Numbered from the stretch's first letter, positions 42,989-52,450 are shown. The stretch: DNA of 64,000 bases from Eubacteriales bacterium (GCA_050309735.1 JBNRMS010000068.1:24405-88404); one strand, 5' to 3'. Made by a program: numbers and translations. The notes: generated by a model not told the origin, from the sequence alone.

Positions 42989-44500
42989 ATGAACAAAACA
43001 GTTTTCCTAAGAATCCTCTGCCTTATGATTGCGTCTCTGTTGGCGCTTGGCATTTTTGCCGCCTGTGCTGAAGAAGAGGACAATACCCCGGGCGAAACCT
43101 CCGGCATTGTTGACGGCACTGAGGATATTAACGATACCCCCTCCAACGTCGACGCAAACGGTTACTTGCTTGACAATGTTCCCACCGACACACTTAACTA
43201 CGGAGACAGGACAATAACCATGCTCACCTGGTCGGACGTTGAACACGAGGAGTTCCAATCGAGCGGGCAGACCGGAGATATCATAAACGACGCGATCTTT
43301 TTGAGAAATCTTGCGGTTGAAGATAGGCTCGGCATCAGACTTTCCTTCCACTCCACACCCGGAAACGCGCAGAATGTCGCCGCGTATGTGAGAACGGTTC
43401 AGACCTCTGTTGAGTCGGGCGATAAATCCTTTGATCTTATTGCATCCTATAGCCTCTCAATGGCCGCAACCGCAAACGCCGGATATTGCTACAACCTGCT
43501 TGAACCCGAATGCGAATATCTTGATTTTGATATGCCCTGGTGGCCCGACCGTCTTATCTCCGAGGCAACAATTAACAACAAGCTCTTCTTCGCCTCGGGC
43601 GACATCTCGGCAAACGCACTTTACATGATGTATGTCTGTTATGTAAATAACGATATAGTTGAAACCCTGGCTCTCCCCAATGTGTTTGAACTTGTTGACA
43701 GCAACCAGTGGACATACGATAAATTCATCGAAATGTGTTCCGGTGTTTACAGCGATAACAACGGTAACGGCATAAAAGACGTTAACGACCAGTTCGGTTA
43801 TATGTCCTCGGGTATACACGTTGACCCGTGGTTTTATGGCTCGGGTGCACTCATAGTCGATAAAGACGAAAACGGCAGCCTTCGCTTCTCGCCCTCCTTC
43901 GGCAGCGAAAAGGTTATCAAAAGCCTTGAGATGGTAAACGGATTGTTGTTTAACACAAACGACGGAATGTACACCTCAAGCGTGTTGCACCAGGATCAAT
44001 TTAACCAGGGCAACCTCCTCTTTGCTTCCGATCGCGCACGTATTGCTATAACCAAGCTTGTGTCCGAATCACTTAGCTTCTCGGTGGTTCCCTTCCCGAA
44101 ATTTGACTCAAATCAGGAAAACTTCGTCACCGTAATGGGCAACCCCTTCACACTCTACGCTATCCCGATAGACGTCAAGGACACAGATCTCCCGATGCTC
44201 TCGGCAATAATTGAGGTTTATGCCTCCGAGTCCTACCGCAAGCTCACACCGGCTCTCTATGAAATTACACTCAAAACTAAGTATGTTCAGGAAGCCGACT
44301 CTGCCCGTATGTACGATATCGTTCGTGAGAACCTCACATTTGACCTCGGTCGAATATTCTCCAGCGTCCTGATAGGTCAGGGACACTTCAGAAATGCTGT
44401 CTCGGGGAATCAGGCGTCAGGATGGGCAAACATAACAAGAGCCAATCAAAAGATTCTTGCCGCAAAGCTTGATCAACTCACAGCGGCTTTTGAGGACTGA
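42989..44500 (+). CDS. ABC transporter substrate-binding lipoprotein (large family-1 sugar-binding type)
   Basis: Lipobox LALGIFAAC in a 503-aa extracellular solute-binding-like protein. It has its own TTGACA-17-TATACT promoter. There are no adjacent permease genes. Confidence 0.8.
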   Translation: MNKTVFLRILCLMIASLLALGIFAACAEEEDNTPGETSGIVDGTEDINDTPSNVDANGYLLDNVPTDTLNYGDRTITMLTWSDVEHEEFQSSGQTGDIINDAIFLRNLAVEDRLGIRLSFHSTPGNAQNVAAYVRTVQTSVESGDKSFDLIASYSLSMAATANAGYCYNLLEPECEYLDFDMPWWPDRLISEATINNKLFFASGDISANALYMMYVCYVNNDIVETLALPNVFELVDSNQWTYDKFIEMCSGVYSDNNGNGIKDVNDQFGYMSSGIHVDPWFYGSGALIVDKDENGSLRFSPSFGSEKVIKSLEMVNGLLFNTNDGMYTSSVLHQDQFNQGNLLFASDRARIAITKLVSESLSFSVVPFPKFDSNQENFVTVMGNPFTLYAIPIDVKDTDLPMLSAIIEVYASESYRKLTPALYEITLKTKYVQEADSARMYDIVRENLTFDLGRIFSSVLIGQGHFRNAVSGNQASGWANITRANQKILAAKLDQLTAAFED

Positions 44501-44521
44501 TAAAAACAAATATTTAATACA

Positions 44522-44558
44522 CGCCGGGCGAAACTTCTCTTTGAAGTTTCGCCCGGCG
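44522..44558 (+). terminator. GC-rich hairpin after the substrate-binding protein gene
   Basis: CGCCGGGCGAAACTTC-tcttt-GAAGTTTCGCCCGGCG. The T-tract is weak (tctcgtt). Confidence 0.6.
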
Positions 44559-44579
44559 TCTCGTTAGTTATAATAAGTG

Positions 44580-44608
44580 TAGACAATATTAAAAAAATGT
44601 GGTAAAAT
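44580..44608 (+). promoter_or_regulatory. Candidate promoter of the MBL hydrolase / gltX / glnS unit
   Basis: TAGACA-17 nt-TAAAAT with a TG extension (tgTGgTAAAAT). Confidence 0.5.
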
Positions 44609-44655
44609 ATCATAAAGAACAAAAGATATAATTATTAAGAGGCAGATCGCAACCT

Positions 44656-45288
44656 ATGAAAATTATCCATATCAGCCCCGCTTCCTGGGGTTCAAACTGT
44701 TACCTGCTCATATCAAACGCTCAGGAATACGGCCGGGAGGCTTATGTAGTCGACCCGAGCCCCTCGGCCGAATCAATACTCCGCGCCCTCTCGGCAGAGC
44801 GCGCCGCACTCGCCGGTATAATACTGACTCATGGGCATTTTGACCATATGCTGTCGGCAGAGACGCTGCACGATAAAACAGGTGCGCCGGTGATGATTCA
44901 TGAAGAGGACGACGAAATGCTTCCCGACCCCGAGAAAAACGCCTTCAAAGCCTTTTTCGGACAGGACCGCTCCTTCCGTCGCGCCGACCGACTGCTCCGC
45001 GACGGCGATATCCTGCCGCTCGGCGACGAGGAAATCACAATCCTCCACACTCCCGGACACACAAAAGGCTGCATATGCCTTCTTGCAGGTGATATACTGA
45101 TCACCGGAGACACCCTTTTTGCAGAAGGATTTGGCCGCATCGACCTCTGGGGCGGCAGTCTCTCAGACATGAAGCAATCGCTCCTCCGCCTGAACAATCT
45201 TCCCCAAAGCATTACAATTTATCCCGGCCACGGCGAAGTAGCTAAAATTGCCGATGCGATCTCTACAATTAGATTCTTAAATAGATAA
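44656..45288 (+). CDS. MBL-fold metallo-hydrolase (glyoxalase II-like)
   Basis: THGHFDH motif, HTPGHTKG and GDTLF. 210 aa. Confidence 0.9.
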   Translation: MKIIHISPASWGSNCYLLISNAQEYGREAYVVDPSPSAESILRALSAERAALAGIILTHGHFDHMLSAETLHDKTGAPVMIHEEDDEMLPDPEKNAFKAFFGQDRSFRRADRLLRDGDILPLGDEEITILHTPGHTKGCICLLAGDILITGDTLFAEGFGRIDLWGGSLSDMKQSLLRLNNLPQSITIYPGHGEVAKIADAISTIRFLNR

Positions 45289-45327
45289 CAAAAATTAACA
45301 CAACACCTATGAAAGGCAACACATAAT

Positions 45328-46974
45328 ATGGACTATAATTATCTTGCGGAGCTGCTTTTTCCGAATGTCACGGCAACTCCAGACGATATGGAAAAAAAAT
45401 ATCCCCCGCGACGCCTGCCCGAGGGGGCGGTTGTCTCGCGTCATGCCCCAAGCCCCACAGGATTTGTGCATTTGGGCAATATCGTACAAAGTCTTACCTC
45501 CGAGCGCCTCTGCCATCAGTCCGGAGGGGTGGTGTATCTGCGAATAGAGGACACCGACAATAAACGCGAGGTCAAGGGCGCGGTCGGCTCGCTTATTGAA
45601 TCGCTCGCTCATTACCGAATAGTTTTTGATGAGGGCGCAGTCTCGGACGGAGATTGCGGCAACTACGGCCCCTATCGACAACGCGCCCGGCGCGACATTT
45701 ACCATGTTTTCGCAAAATTGCTTGTTCAAAACGGCTATGCCTACCCCTGCTTCTGCACCGAAGAGGAGCTGAATGAAATCCGGGAAAAACAGAAATCGCT
45801 CAAAATAAATTTCGGATACTGGGGCGAGTGGGCGCAATGGCGCGACAAACCGATAGACGATATCAAAAGAGCGCTTGCCGCCGGTGTTCCGTGGGTTCTC
45901 CGCTTCCGCTCGCAGGGCAGCATCCAGAATAAATTTAAGTTCACAGACCTGATAAAGGGAGTTATTGACGTAACAGAAAACGATCAGGATATAGTACTTC
46001 TCAAGTCGGACGGCATTCCGACCTACCATCTCGCGCACGTCATCGACGACCACCTGATGCGTACCACTCACGTCATTCGAGGTGACGAATGGCTGCCCTC
46101 GCTGCCGATTCACCTGCAGCTCTTTGCCGCCTTCGGCTGGAAGCTTCCGAAATATGCACACATCGGCCCCTTGATGAAGATGGATGGCAGCTCAAAACGC
46201 AAGATTTCAAAGCGCAAAGACCCCGAATTTGGACTTGTTTACTACAAGAAGCAAGGTTATCCCGTCGCGTCGGTCTACGAATATGTGCTCACCGTTCTCA
46301 ATTCCAACTTCGAGGACTGGCGCAGAGCAAATCCAACGGCTCCCGCCTCCTCCTTCCCCTTCTCGCTCAAGAAAATGAATCCCGCAGGCTCACTCTTTGA
46401 CGCCGCAAAGCTGGGCGACATCTCAAAAAACCTGCTCGCAACAATGAGCGCCGAGGCCGTTTACGACGGGCTTTACGCATGGGCGGCAGAATTTGAGCCG
46501 ACCTTCGCCGCATTTCTCGCCGCCGACCCCGACTATGCAAAAGCGATAATCGGAATCGGTCGCGGCGGCAAGAAACCCCGCAAGGATTACGGAACATGGG
46601 TTGAGCTGAGGAATTATATGTCCTTCTTCTACGACAACAGCTTCACAATTCAAGACCCCTATCCCGAAACATTTGACAAGGCCGATATAAGAGCAGCGCT
46701 CTCATCCTTCCTTCAGAGCTATAGCCCCGCCGACGACCAGAGCACTTGGTTTGGCAAGATAAAATCAATAGCCGGCTCGATTGGATATGCCGCCGAAATG
46801 AAAGATTATAAGGCAAATCCAGAAGCATACCGCGGAAGCGTCGCCGACGTGAGTATGTTCCTGCGCGTCGCGCTCACCGGACGGCTCAACTCACCCGATA
46901 TGTACAGTGTTATGCAAATACTCGGGGAGAGACGCGTCAGAGGGCGAGTGGAGGCAATGCTGAGTAAGATGTGA
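45328..46974 (+). CDS. gltX: Glutamate--tRNA ligase (long form)
   Basis: Class I motifs: PSPTGFVHLGN is HIGH-like and KISKRK is KMSKS-like. DGIPTYHLAHVIDDHLM is also present. 548 aa. Confidence 0.85.
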   Translation: MDYNYLAELLFPNVTATPDDMEKKYPPRRLPEGAVVSRHAPSPTGFVHLGNIVQSLTSERLCHQSGGVVYLRIEDTDNKREVKGAVGSLIESLAHYRIVFDEGAVSDGDCGNYGPYRQRARRDIYHVFAKLLVQNGYAYPCFCTEEELNEIREKQKSLKINFGYWGEWAQWRDKPIDDIKRALAAGVPWVLRFRSQGSIQNKFKFTDLIKGVIDVTENDQDIVLLKSDGIPTYHLAHVIDDHLMRTTHVIRGDEWLPSLPIHLQLFAAFGWKLPKYAHIGPLMKMDGSSKRKISKRKDPEFGLVYYKKQGYPVASVYEYVLTVLNSNFEDWRRANPTAPASSFPFSLKKMNPAGSLFDAAKLGDISKNLLATMSAEAVYDGLYAWAAEFEPTFAAFLAADPDYAKAIIGIGRGGKKPRKDYGTWVELRNYMSFFYDNSFTIQDPYPETFDKADIRAALSSFLQSYSPADDQSTWFGKIKSIAGSIGYAAEMKDYKANPEAYRGSVADVSMFLRVALTGRLNSPDMYSVMQILGERRVRGRVEAMLSKM

Positions 46975-47044
46975 GGCGGACGATTTCAAAAATAAATATC
47001 TGCTCAGCCTATAACAACCTATCTCACGAAAGGACAATAACAAC

Positions 47045-48688
47045 ATGGACGAAAAGAACAGCAACTTCATACACGATATAATCGACGCCGATCTTGCGGC
47101 AAATCCCGATCTTAAAATTCACACCCGCTTCCCCCCCGAGCCTAACGGGTATCTACACATCGGGCACTGCAAGGCGCTTGTCATCGACTTTGGAACCGCC
47201 GAAAAGTACGGCGGCCTCTGCAACCTCCGCATGGACGACACAAATCCCGCCAAAGAGGATTCGGAATTTGTCGATGCCATAATGGAGGATATCCACTGGC
47301 TGGGCTTTGACTGGGGAGACCGCTTTTTCTACGGCTCGGACTATTTCGAGACTACCTATCAGCTCGCCGAAAAGCTGATAAACGAAGGACACGCCTATGT
47401 ATGCGAGCTTAGCCCCGAGCAGTTCCGCGACTACCGCGGCGACCTCTCACGCCCCGCCATATCACCATACCGCGACCGGCCGGCCGCCGAAAGCCTTGAT
47501 CTTTTTCGGCGCATGAGAGCGGGCGAGTTTCCCGAAGGGCGCTACACACTCCGCGCAAAAATCGACCTTGCCTCGGGCAACTTTAATATGCGCGACCCGG
47601 TGCTCTACCGCATCCGCTATATCGACCACCACCGGCAGGGCAATAAATGGTGCATCTACCCGATGTACGACTTCGCCCACCCGATTCAAGATGCAATCGA
47701 GGGCATTACTCACAGTCTTTGCTCACTCGAATACGAGGATCACAGGCCGCTCTATAACTGGGTTATCGAGCGCGTTGAGCTGCCCTCCACCCCGCGGCAG
47801 ATTGAATTCTCAAGACTGAATATTTCAAACACGGTTCTGTCAAAGCGCTATCTGCGCCATTTAGTAGAGATGGGCGTGGTAGACGGCTGGGACGACCCGC
47901 GCATGCCCACCCTCTGCGGCCTGCGCCGCCGGGGCTACACACCCGCGTCAATCCTTGACTTTATTGAGCGCATAGGTGTGGCAAAGTCGAATAGCTTGGT
48001 TGATATTGGCCTCCTTGAGCATTGCCTGCGCGAGGATTTAAACCGTAACGCTCCCCGCCGTGTCGCAGTCCTAAACCCGATAAAACTGATAATCGAAAAC
48101 TATCCCGAGGATAAAAAAGAATATTTCGACCTGCCAAACAATCCGCAAAACCCCGAGGCAGGAACCCGCCCCCTCGCCTTCACACGCGAACTCTATATAG
48201 AAGCCGACGACTTCGCCGAGAACCCGCCCCCGAAATTCTTCAGGCTCAAGCCGGGCGGCGAGGTTAGACTGATGGGCTCTTATATAATCAAGTGCAACAG
48301 TATCGACAAAAATCCCGATGGCAGCATAGCCGCCATCCGCTGCACCGCAGACCTTGAGACCGGATGCAAAACTCCCGCCGACGGCAGAAAGATCAAGGGA
48401 ACAGTCCACTGGCTCTCGGCCAAAGACGCCCTGCCGCTCACCGTTATGTACTACGACAAACTCTTTACAATCGAGAATGTCGGCGAGGTGGGCGAGGAAT
48501 TTATGAGTTATCTTAATCCCGATTCGCTCATAGAGCTCAAGAGCTGCTTTGCAGAACCGTCGCTTAAAGATGCTGCACCCGGCGAGAAATTTCAGTTTGT
48601 CCGAAACGGATATTTCTGTGTCGACACCAAAAACCCCGCTGTGTTTAACCGAATAGTCGGCCTCAAAGACAGCTACCCGAAAAGATAA
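47045..48688 (+). CDS. glnS: Glutamine--tRNA ligase
   Basis: RFPPEPNGYLHIGH, CIYPMYDFAHPIQDAIEGITHSLC and VLSKR. 547 aa. Confidence 0.93.
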   Translation: MDEKNSNFIHDIIDADLAANPDLKIHTRFPPEPNGYLHIGHCKALVIDFGTAEKYGGLCNLRMDDTNPAKEDSEFVDAIMEDIHWLGFDWGDRFFYGSDYFETTYQLAEKLINEGHAYVCELSPEQFRDYRGDLSRPAISPYRDRPAAESLDLFRRMRAGEFPEGRYTLRAKIDLASGNFNMRDPVLYRIRYIDHHRQGNKWCIYPMYDFAHPIQDAIEGITHSLCSLEYEDHRPLYNWVIERVELPSTPRQIEFSRLNISNTVLSKRYLRHLVEMGVVDGWDDPRMPTLCGLRRRGYTPASILDFIERIGVAKSNSLVDIGLLEHCLREDLNRNAPRRVAVLNPIKLIIENYPEDKKEYFDLPNNPQNPEAGTRPLAFTRELYIEADDFAENPPPKFFRLKPGGEVRLMGSYIIKCNSIDKNPDGSIAAIRCTADLETGCKTPADGRKIKGTVHWLSAKDALPLTVMYYDKLFTIENVGEVGEEFMSYLNPDSLIELKSCFAEPSLKDAAPGEKFQFVRNGYFCVDTKNPAVFNRIVGLKDSYPKR

Positions 48689-48703
48689 TCGGGGGATGGC
48701 GAA

Positions 48704-49012
48704 ATGTTTGCGGAAAGAATAACCTTTGAAGAATCTCTTGGATATATCCCCTTGATATATCTCGCCGCAATATCTGTAATAGCGATTTTTATAACCTGCT
48801 ATGACAAAATAGCCTCAAAAAAACTCCCCGGCCGCCGAACACCCGAGGCAACCCTTCTCTTTATCTCAATCCTTGGCGGCTCGGTCGCCATGTTAATAAC
48901 CATGCAGCTCATACGCCATAAAACACGCCACAAAAAATTTATGATAGGTATCCCTATAATAATCATTCTTCAGCTTGCCGCAGCGGCGGCGATATGGTGG
49001 TTTGGCAGATAG
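48704..49012 (+). CDS. DUF1294 family membrane protein
   Basis: 102 aa. YDKIASKKLPGRRTPEATLLFISILGGSVAMLITMQLIRHKTRHKKF matches the pattern typical of DUF1294. Confidence 0.8.
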   Translation: MFAERITFEESLGYIPLIYLAAISVIAIFITCYDKIASKKLPGRRTPEATLLFISILGGSVAMLITMQLIRHKTRHKKFMIGIPIIIILQLAAAAAIWWFGR

Positions 49013-49165
49013 AAATCAGATATCGAAGATTGACAGACCCGGGAATAGGCCGCGCCGATTGCGCTAATTTGGCAGAAGAAAAAACACTCAAAAGACAAAA
49101 CGAATAACGCCTAAAAAACTTAACAAACAAAAGATCTAACAAATCCCACAAAAAGCAGGAATCAA

Positions 49166-49855
49166 ATGGAAAAGCATAAACTTGACCGAATAAACGAACT
49201 GACGCGAATCTCGCGCGAGCGCCCGCTCACCGAGGCAGAAACACTCGAGAGAAGCGCTCTGAGGACCGAATATATCCGCGAGTACCGCGCCGCGATGACG
49301 GGCATACTTGATAACTCGGTCATTGTCCGCCCGGACGGAACGCGAGAGAGCGTCAGAGAACGCAAAAAAACTATATGGCAGGAACATTTTAATCTGCCTT
49401 TACCAAAGGCAACAGAAGGCGTCGAGGAAACCGAGCAGCTCGGCAAAACCCTTGCAAAAGCCCTCACAGACGATCCCTCCCTTCCCCGCTTCGTCGCGCT
49501 TTACGGTGAGCTCGGCGCCGGCAAAACCGCCTTTGTGCGTGGATTTGCCGCTCAAATCTCACCCGGGGCGAGAGTGAAATCGCCAACCTTCACGCTTGTA
49601 AACGAATATCCGGCCTCGCCCACCCCTCTTTTCCACTTTGATATGTACCGGATAAAGAGCGAGGACGAGCTCTATTCAACAGGATTTTATGATTACCACA
49701 AGCGCCGGGGTTTCATGCTCACCGAGTGGAGCGAAAACATCCCCTTCGCCCTGCCCGAGCGCTATATCGAGGTTAAAATAAATAAGGACACCTCCTCGCC
49801 CGACCGCCGAGCAGTCTTAATCAAGCTAATTGAAAAAAAGGATTCGACCACATGA
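49166..49855 (+). CDS. tsaE: Fusion of a DUF896 (YnzC-like) N-terminal domain with tRNA t6A protein TsaE
   Basis: Residues 1-~70 (KLDRINELTRISRERPLTEAETLERSALRTEYIREYRAAMTGILDNSVIVRPDG) match the DUF896 pattern. The remainder has TsaE motifs GELGAGKTAFVRGFA, SPTFTLVNEY and HFDMYR. It is one continuous ORF and overlaps tsaB by 4 nt. Confidence 0.85.
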   Translation: MEKHKLDRINELTRISRERPLTEAETLERSALRTEYIREYRAAMTGILDNSVIVRPDGTRESVRERKKTIWQEHFNLPLPKATEGVEETEQLGKTLAKALTDDPSLPRFVALYGELGAGKTAFVRGFAAQISPGARVKSPTFTLVNEYPASPTPLFHFDMYRIKSEDELYSTGFYDYHKRRGFMLTEWSENIPFALPERYIEVKINKDTSSPDRRAVLIKLIEKKDSTT

Positions 49856-50556
49856 AAACACTTGCGCTTGACAGCACCGCGACTACCGCATCGGTCGCTC
49901 TCACCGAGGGCGACCGGCTGCTCTCACTATGGACACTTAATAACGGCCTGACACACAGCGAAACAATGCTCCCGATGGTCGAGTCGCAGCTTGCGGCTGC
50001 CGGCCTTACAGTTGATGATATTGACATCTTCGCTTGTGCGGCAGGTCCTGGGTCGTTTACCGGAGTGAGAATCGGCGTCTCGACCATAAAAGGTCTTGCA
50101 TTCGGCAGAGGGAAGCCCTGTATCGGGGTCTCTGCGCTTCACGCACTTGCCTATAACCTTGCGGTTTGCGACGGGCTTATCTGCCCGGTTATGAATGCGC
50201 GACGAAATCAGGTCTACAATGCTCTGTTTGAGTGCAGAGATGGGCACCTTACCCGCCTCGTTCCCGACCGCGCAATATCGGTCGCCGAGCTTGACCAAGA
50301 ACTTGCGGATCAAAAAGAGGAGAGGATATACCTGTGCGGCGACGGATATGAAATGGTAAAGTCCTCGCTCATAAAAGCCAAAGTCAAAGAAACCCCCGAG
50401 CCCCTCATCTGGCCGAATGGATACTCGGTTGCCCGGTGCGCTCTCTATCTGTATGAAAAGGGCGTGCGAACCACAGACACCGAGCTAGTTCCAACCTATC
50501 TTAGAATGCCCCAAGCCGAGCGCGAGCGCCTTGAGAAGCTCGCCGGCAAAAAATAA
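49852..50556 (+). CDS. tsaB: tRNA t6A biosynthesis protein TsaB
   Basis: MKTLALDSTATTASVAL..., GPGSFTGVRIGVSTIKGLA. 234 aa, downstream of tsaE. Confidence 0.9.
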   Translation: MKTLALDSTATTASVALTEGDRLLSLWTLNNGLTHSETMLPMVESQLAAAGLTVDDIDIFACAAGPGSFTGVRIGVSTIKGLAFGRGKPCIGVSALHALAYNLAVCDGLICPVMNARRNQVYNALFECRDGHLTRLVPDRAISVAELDQELADQKEERIYLCGDGYEMVKSSLIKAKVKETPEPLIWPNGYSVARCALYLYEKGVRTTDTELVPTYLRMPQAERERLEKLAGKK

Positions 50557-50581
50557 ATATAAGAGCAGAAAGGAATTTATC

Positions 50582-51046
50582 ATGAGCAAGAAAAAAACAG
50601 TCGCGCTCGGTTCTGACCACGCGGGATTCGATTATAAAAACCGCCTTGCGAATCATCTCAGAGAGACGGGTTACACAGTTGTTGATGTAGGCTGCGACAG
50701 CTCTGAGAGCTGCCACTATCCGATGTTCGCTCATCGCCTGTGCAGATTGATTCAGAGAGGCGAGTGCGAGGCCGGGATTCTTATCTGCGGCACCGGAATC
50801 GGAATGTCTATGGCGGCAAACAAACACCGCGGTATCCGCGCTGCCGTCCTCTCAGACGAATACAGCGCCGAGTTGACCCGCCAACACAACGACGCAAATG
50901 TCCTCTGCCTCGGCGCCCGAGTGGTAGATTTTGAAAAGGCTGCAAGGCTTGCCGAAATCTTTCTCACAACCGATTATATGGGCGGAAATCATGCTCTGCG
51001 CATTGCCATGTTTGATCAAATCGAGAGCGAAACCTTCAAAGAGTGA
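50582..51046 (+). CDS. rpiB: Ribose-5-phosphate isomerase B
   Basis: VALGSDHAGFDYK, ICGTGIGMSMAANK and RQHNDANVLCLGARV. The ATG at 50582 follows AGAAAGGA. Confidence 0.93.
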   Translation: MSKKKTVALGSDHAGFDYKNRLANHLRETGYTVVDVGCDSSESCHYPMFAHRLCRLIQRGECEAGILICGTGIGMSMAANKHRGIRAAVLSDEYSAELTRQHNDANVLCLGARVVDFEKAARLAEIFLTTDYMGGNHALRIAMFDQIESETFKE

Positions 51047-51063
51047 AAGGCGGAAAACAAATT

Positions 51064-51867
51064 ATGACACTCTCCTCGCGTCTGGCAGACACGCTGCGCG
51101 TGCTCTCGGGCAGATATAAAAAAGAATATCCCACCTCGGCCGTCATCGCTGCGGCGGGGTGCTCTCTGCGTATGCAAAACTCGGGCGGAACAACCAAGCA
51201 GCACCTGATGCTCGGCGGTATCCCGGTGGTCGTCCGCACGCTTCTTGCCTTTGAGGAGTGTTCGATAATTGGTGAGATAGTCATCTCGGCGCGAGAGGAG
51301 GAAATCCCGATATATGAGCAATACCGCGAGGACTACGGCATAACCAAGCTCTCGCGGGTGGTGGCGGGCGGCAAAAGCCGCCAGGAGTCGGTTCTGCGCG
51401 GCTTTGACGCAATCGACAAAGATTCAGAGTTTGTCGCGATACACGACGGCGCGCGCTGCCTTGTAACGCCCGATATAATCGAGAAGGTCTGCCGCGCCGC
51501 ATACAGATATCGCGCGGCGATAGCAGCAAGTGCAGTTAGCGACACTGTTAAGGTTGCCGACAAAAATGGATTTGTCGAAAGCACAGCAGACCGCGACCTT
51601 GTCTGGCTGGCCGGAACACCTCAGGTCTTTTACTCAACTCTCTACCGAGCTGCTGCCTATTCGGCCCGCAAGGAAGGCTTTGCAGAAGCAACAGACGACA
51701 GCCTGCTTGTCGAGCGCATAAAAAATCCGGTAAAGCTTGTCGAATGCGGCCGCGAGAACATAAAAATTACAACGCCCCAAGATATCGCCCGCGCTGAGGC
51801 CATCCTTGCCTCAAGGGCTAAGGATTCGGCGGCAGAGGGGAGAGGAGGCGAGAAGAGGTGCGTATAG
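51064..51867 (+). CDS. ispD: 2-C-methyl-D-erythritol 4-phosphate cytidylyltransferase
   Basis: [12 protein letters not shown]...[23 protein letters not shown] and [10 protein letters not shown]. The start could instead be the GTG at 51043, which overlaps the rpiB stop. Confidence 0.9.
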   Translation: MTLSSRLADTLRVLSGRYKKEYPTSAVIAAAGCSLRMQNSGGTTKQHLMLGGIPVVVRTLLAFEECSIIGEIVISAREEEIPIYEQYREDYGITKLSRVVAGGKSRQESVLRGFDAIDKDSEFVAIHDGARCLVTPDIIEKVCRAAYRYRAAIAASAVSDTVKVADKNGFVESTADRDLVWLAGTPQVFYSTLYRAAAYSARKEGFAEATDDSLLVERIKNPVKLVECGRENIKITTPQDIARAEAILASRAKDSAAEGRGGEKRCV

Positions 51868-52334
51868 GACACGGATACGACGTACACCGGCTTGTCGCTG
51901 AGCGGCCTTTGATACTCGGCGGGGTCAGGATTTCATATGAAAAGGGGCTTCTCGGACATTCGGATGCCGATGTTCTCCTCCACGCCGTCATCGACTCACT
52001 CCTTGGAGCCGCAGCCCTGGGCGATATAGGAAAGCATTTCCCCGACAGCAGCCCCGCATATCGCGGCGCCGACAGTCTGCGTCTGACAGAGGAGGTATCC
52101 GCCCTGCTTCGCGAAACCGGCTACGTCGTTGTCAATATCGACGCCACCATAATCGCACAGGCGCCAAAACTCTCGCCGCATATCGGCCAGATGCGCGCCA
52201 ACATAGCCCGCGCGCTTGCCGTTGACCCCGACAAGATAAACATAAAGGCCACCACCGAGGAGAAACTCGGCTTCACCGGAGACGGCTCGGGTATCGCGGC
52301 TCATGCCGTCTGCCTGATAAGTCGAATATCATAG
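51858..52334 (+). CDS. ispF: 2-C-methyl-D-erythritol 2,4-cyclodiphosphate synthase
   Basis: (M)[30 protein letters not shown] and [12 protein letters not shown] start overlapping the ispD end. Confidence 0.95.
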   Translation: MRIGHGYDVHRLVAERPLILGGVRISYEKGLLGHSDADVLLHAVIDSLLGAAALGDIGKHFPDSSPAYRGADSLRLTEEVSALLRETGYVVVNIDATIIAQAPKLSPHIGQMRANIARALAVDPDKINIKATTEEKLGFTGDGSGIAAHAVCLISRIS

Positions 52335-52347
52335 CGCCGCGCCTGTT

Positions 52348-52412
52348 GGGCCCCGCATCCGGGGTGAGGCAATCTGGTGTTAGTTCAATGCTACAATGAG
52401 GTAATAGTATAA
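52348..52412. repeat. Conserved ~60-nt intergenic element, copy B
   Basis: CCCCGCATCCGGGGTGAGGCAATCTGGTGTTAGTTCAATGCTACAATGAGGTAATAGTATAAA. See copy A. Confidence 0.7.
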
Positions 52413-52450
52413 AACAAAAAAACAAAGGCCGCTCCAAACGCGGAGCGGCC
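52411..52450 (-). terminator. Strong minus-strand intrinsic terminator with no annotated gene upstream
   Basis: The minus strand reads GGCCGCTCC-gcgttt-GGAGCGGCC followed by TTTGTTTTTTTGTTTT. Both neighbouring genes (ispF, rpe) are on the plus strand. Confidence 0.7.

Noticed and set aside
45289-45327. T-box leaders upstream of gltX and glnS
   Set aside because: The spacers are 39 nt and 70 nt. This is far too short for a T-box, which I recall as about 200 nt or more.
45307-46161. 284-aa ORF on the minus strand
   Set aside because: It is entirely antisense to gltX, whose class I synthetase motifs are unambiguous. It has no SD, and its composition is Arg/Cys/Phe-rich and not protein-like, typical of a shadow ORF in GC-rich coding DNA.
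40533-52412. The two ~60-nt direct repeats as attL/attR of an 11.8-kb island
   Set aside because: The bracketed genes are core housekeeping (gltX, glnS, tsaEB, rpiB, ispDF). There is no integrase or mobility gene and no obvious compositional shift.
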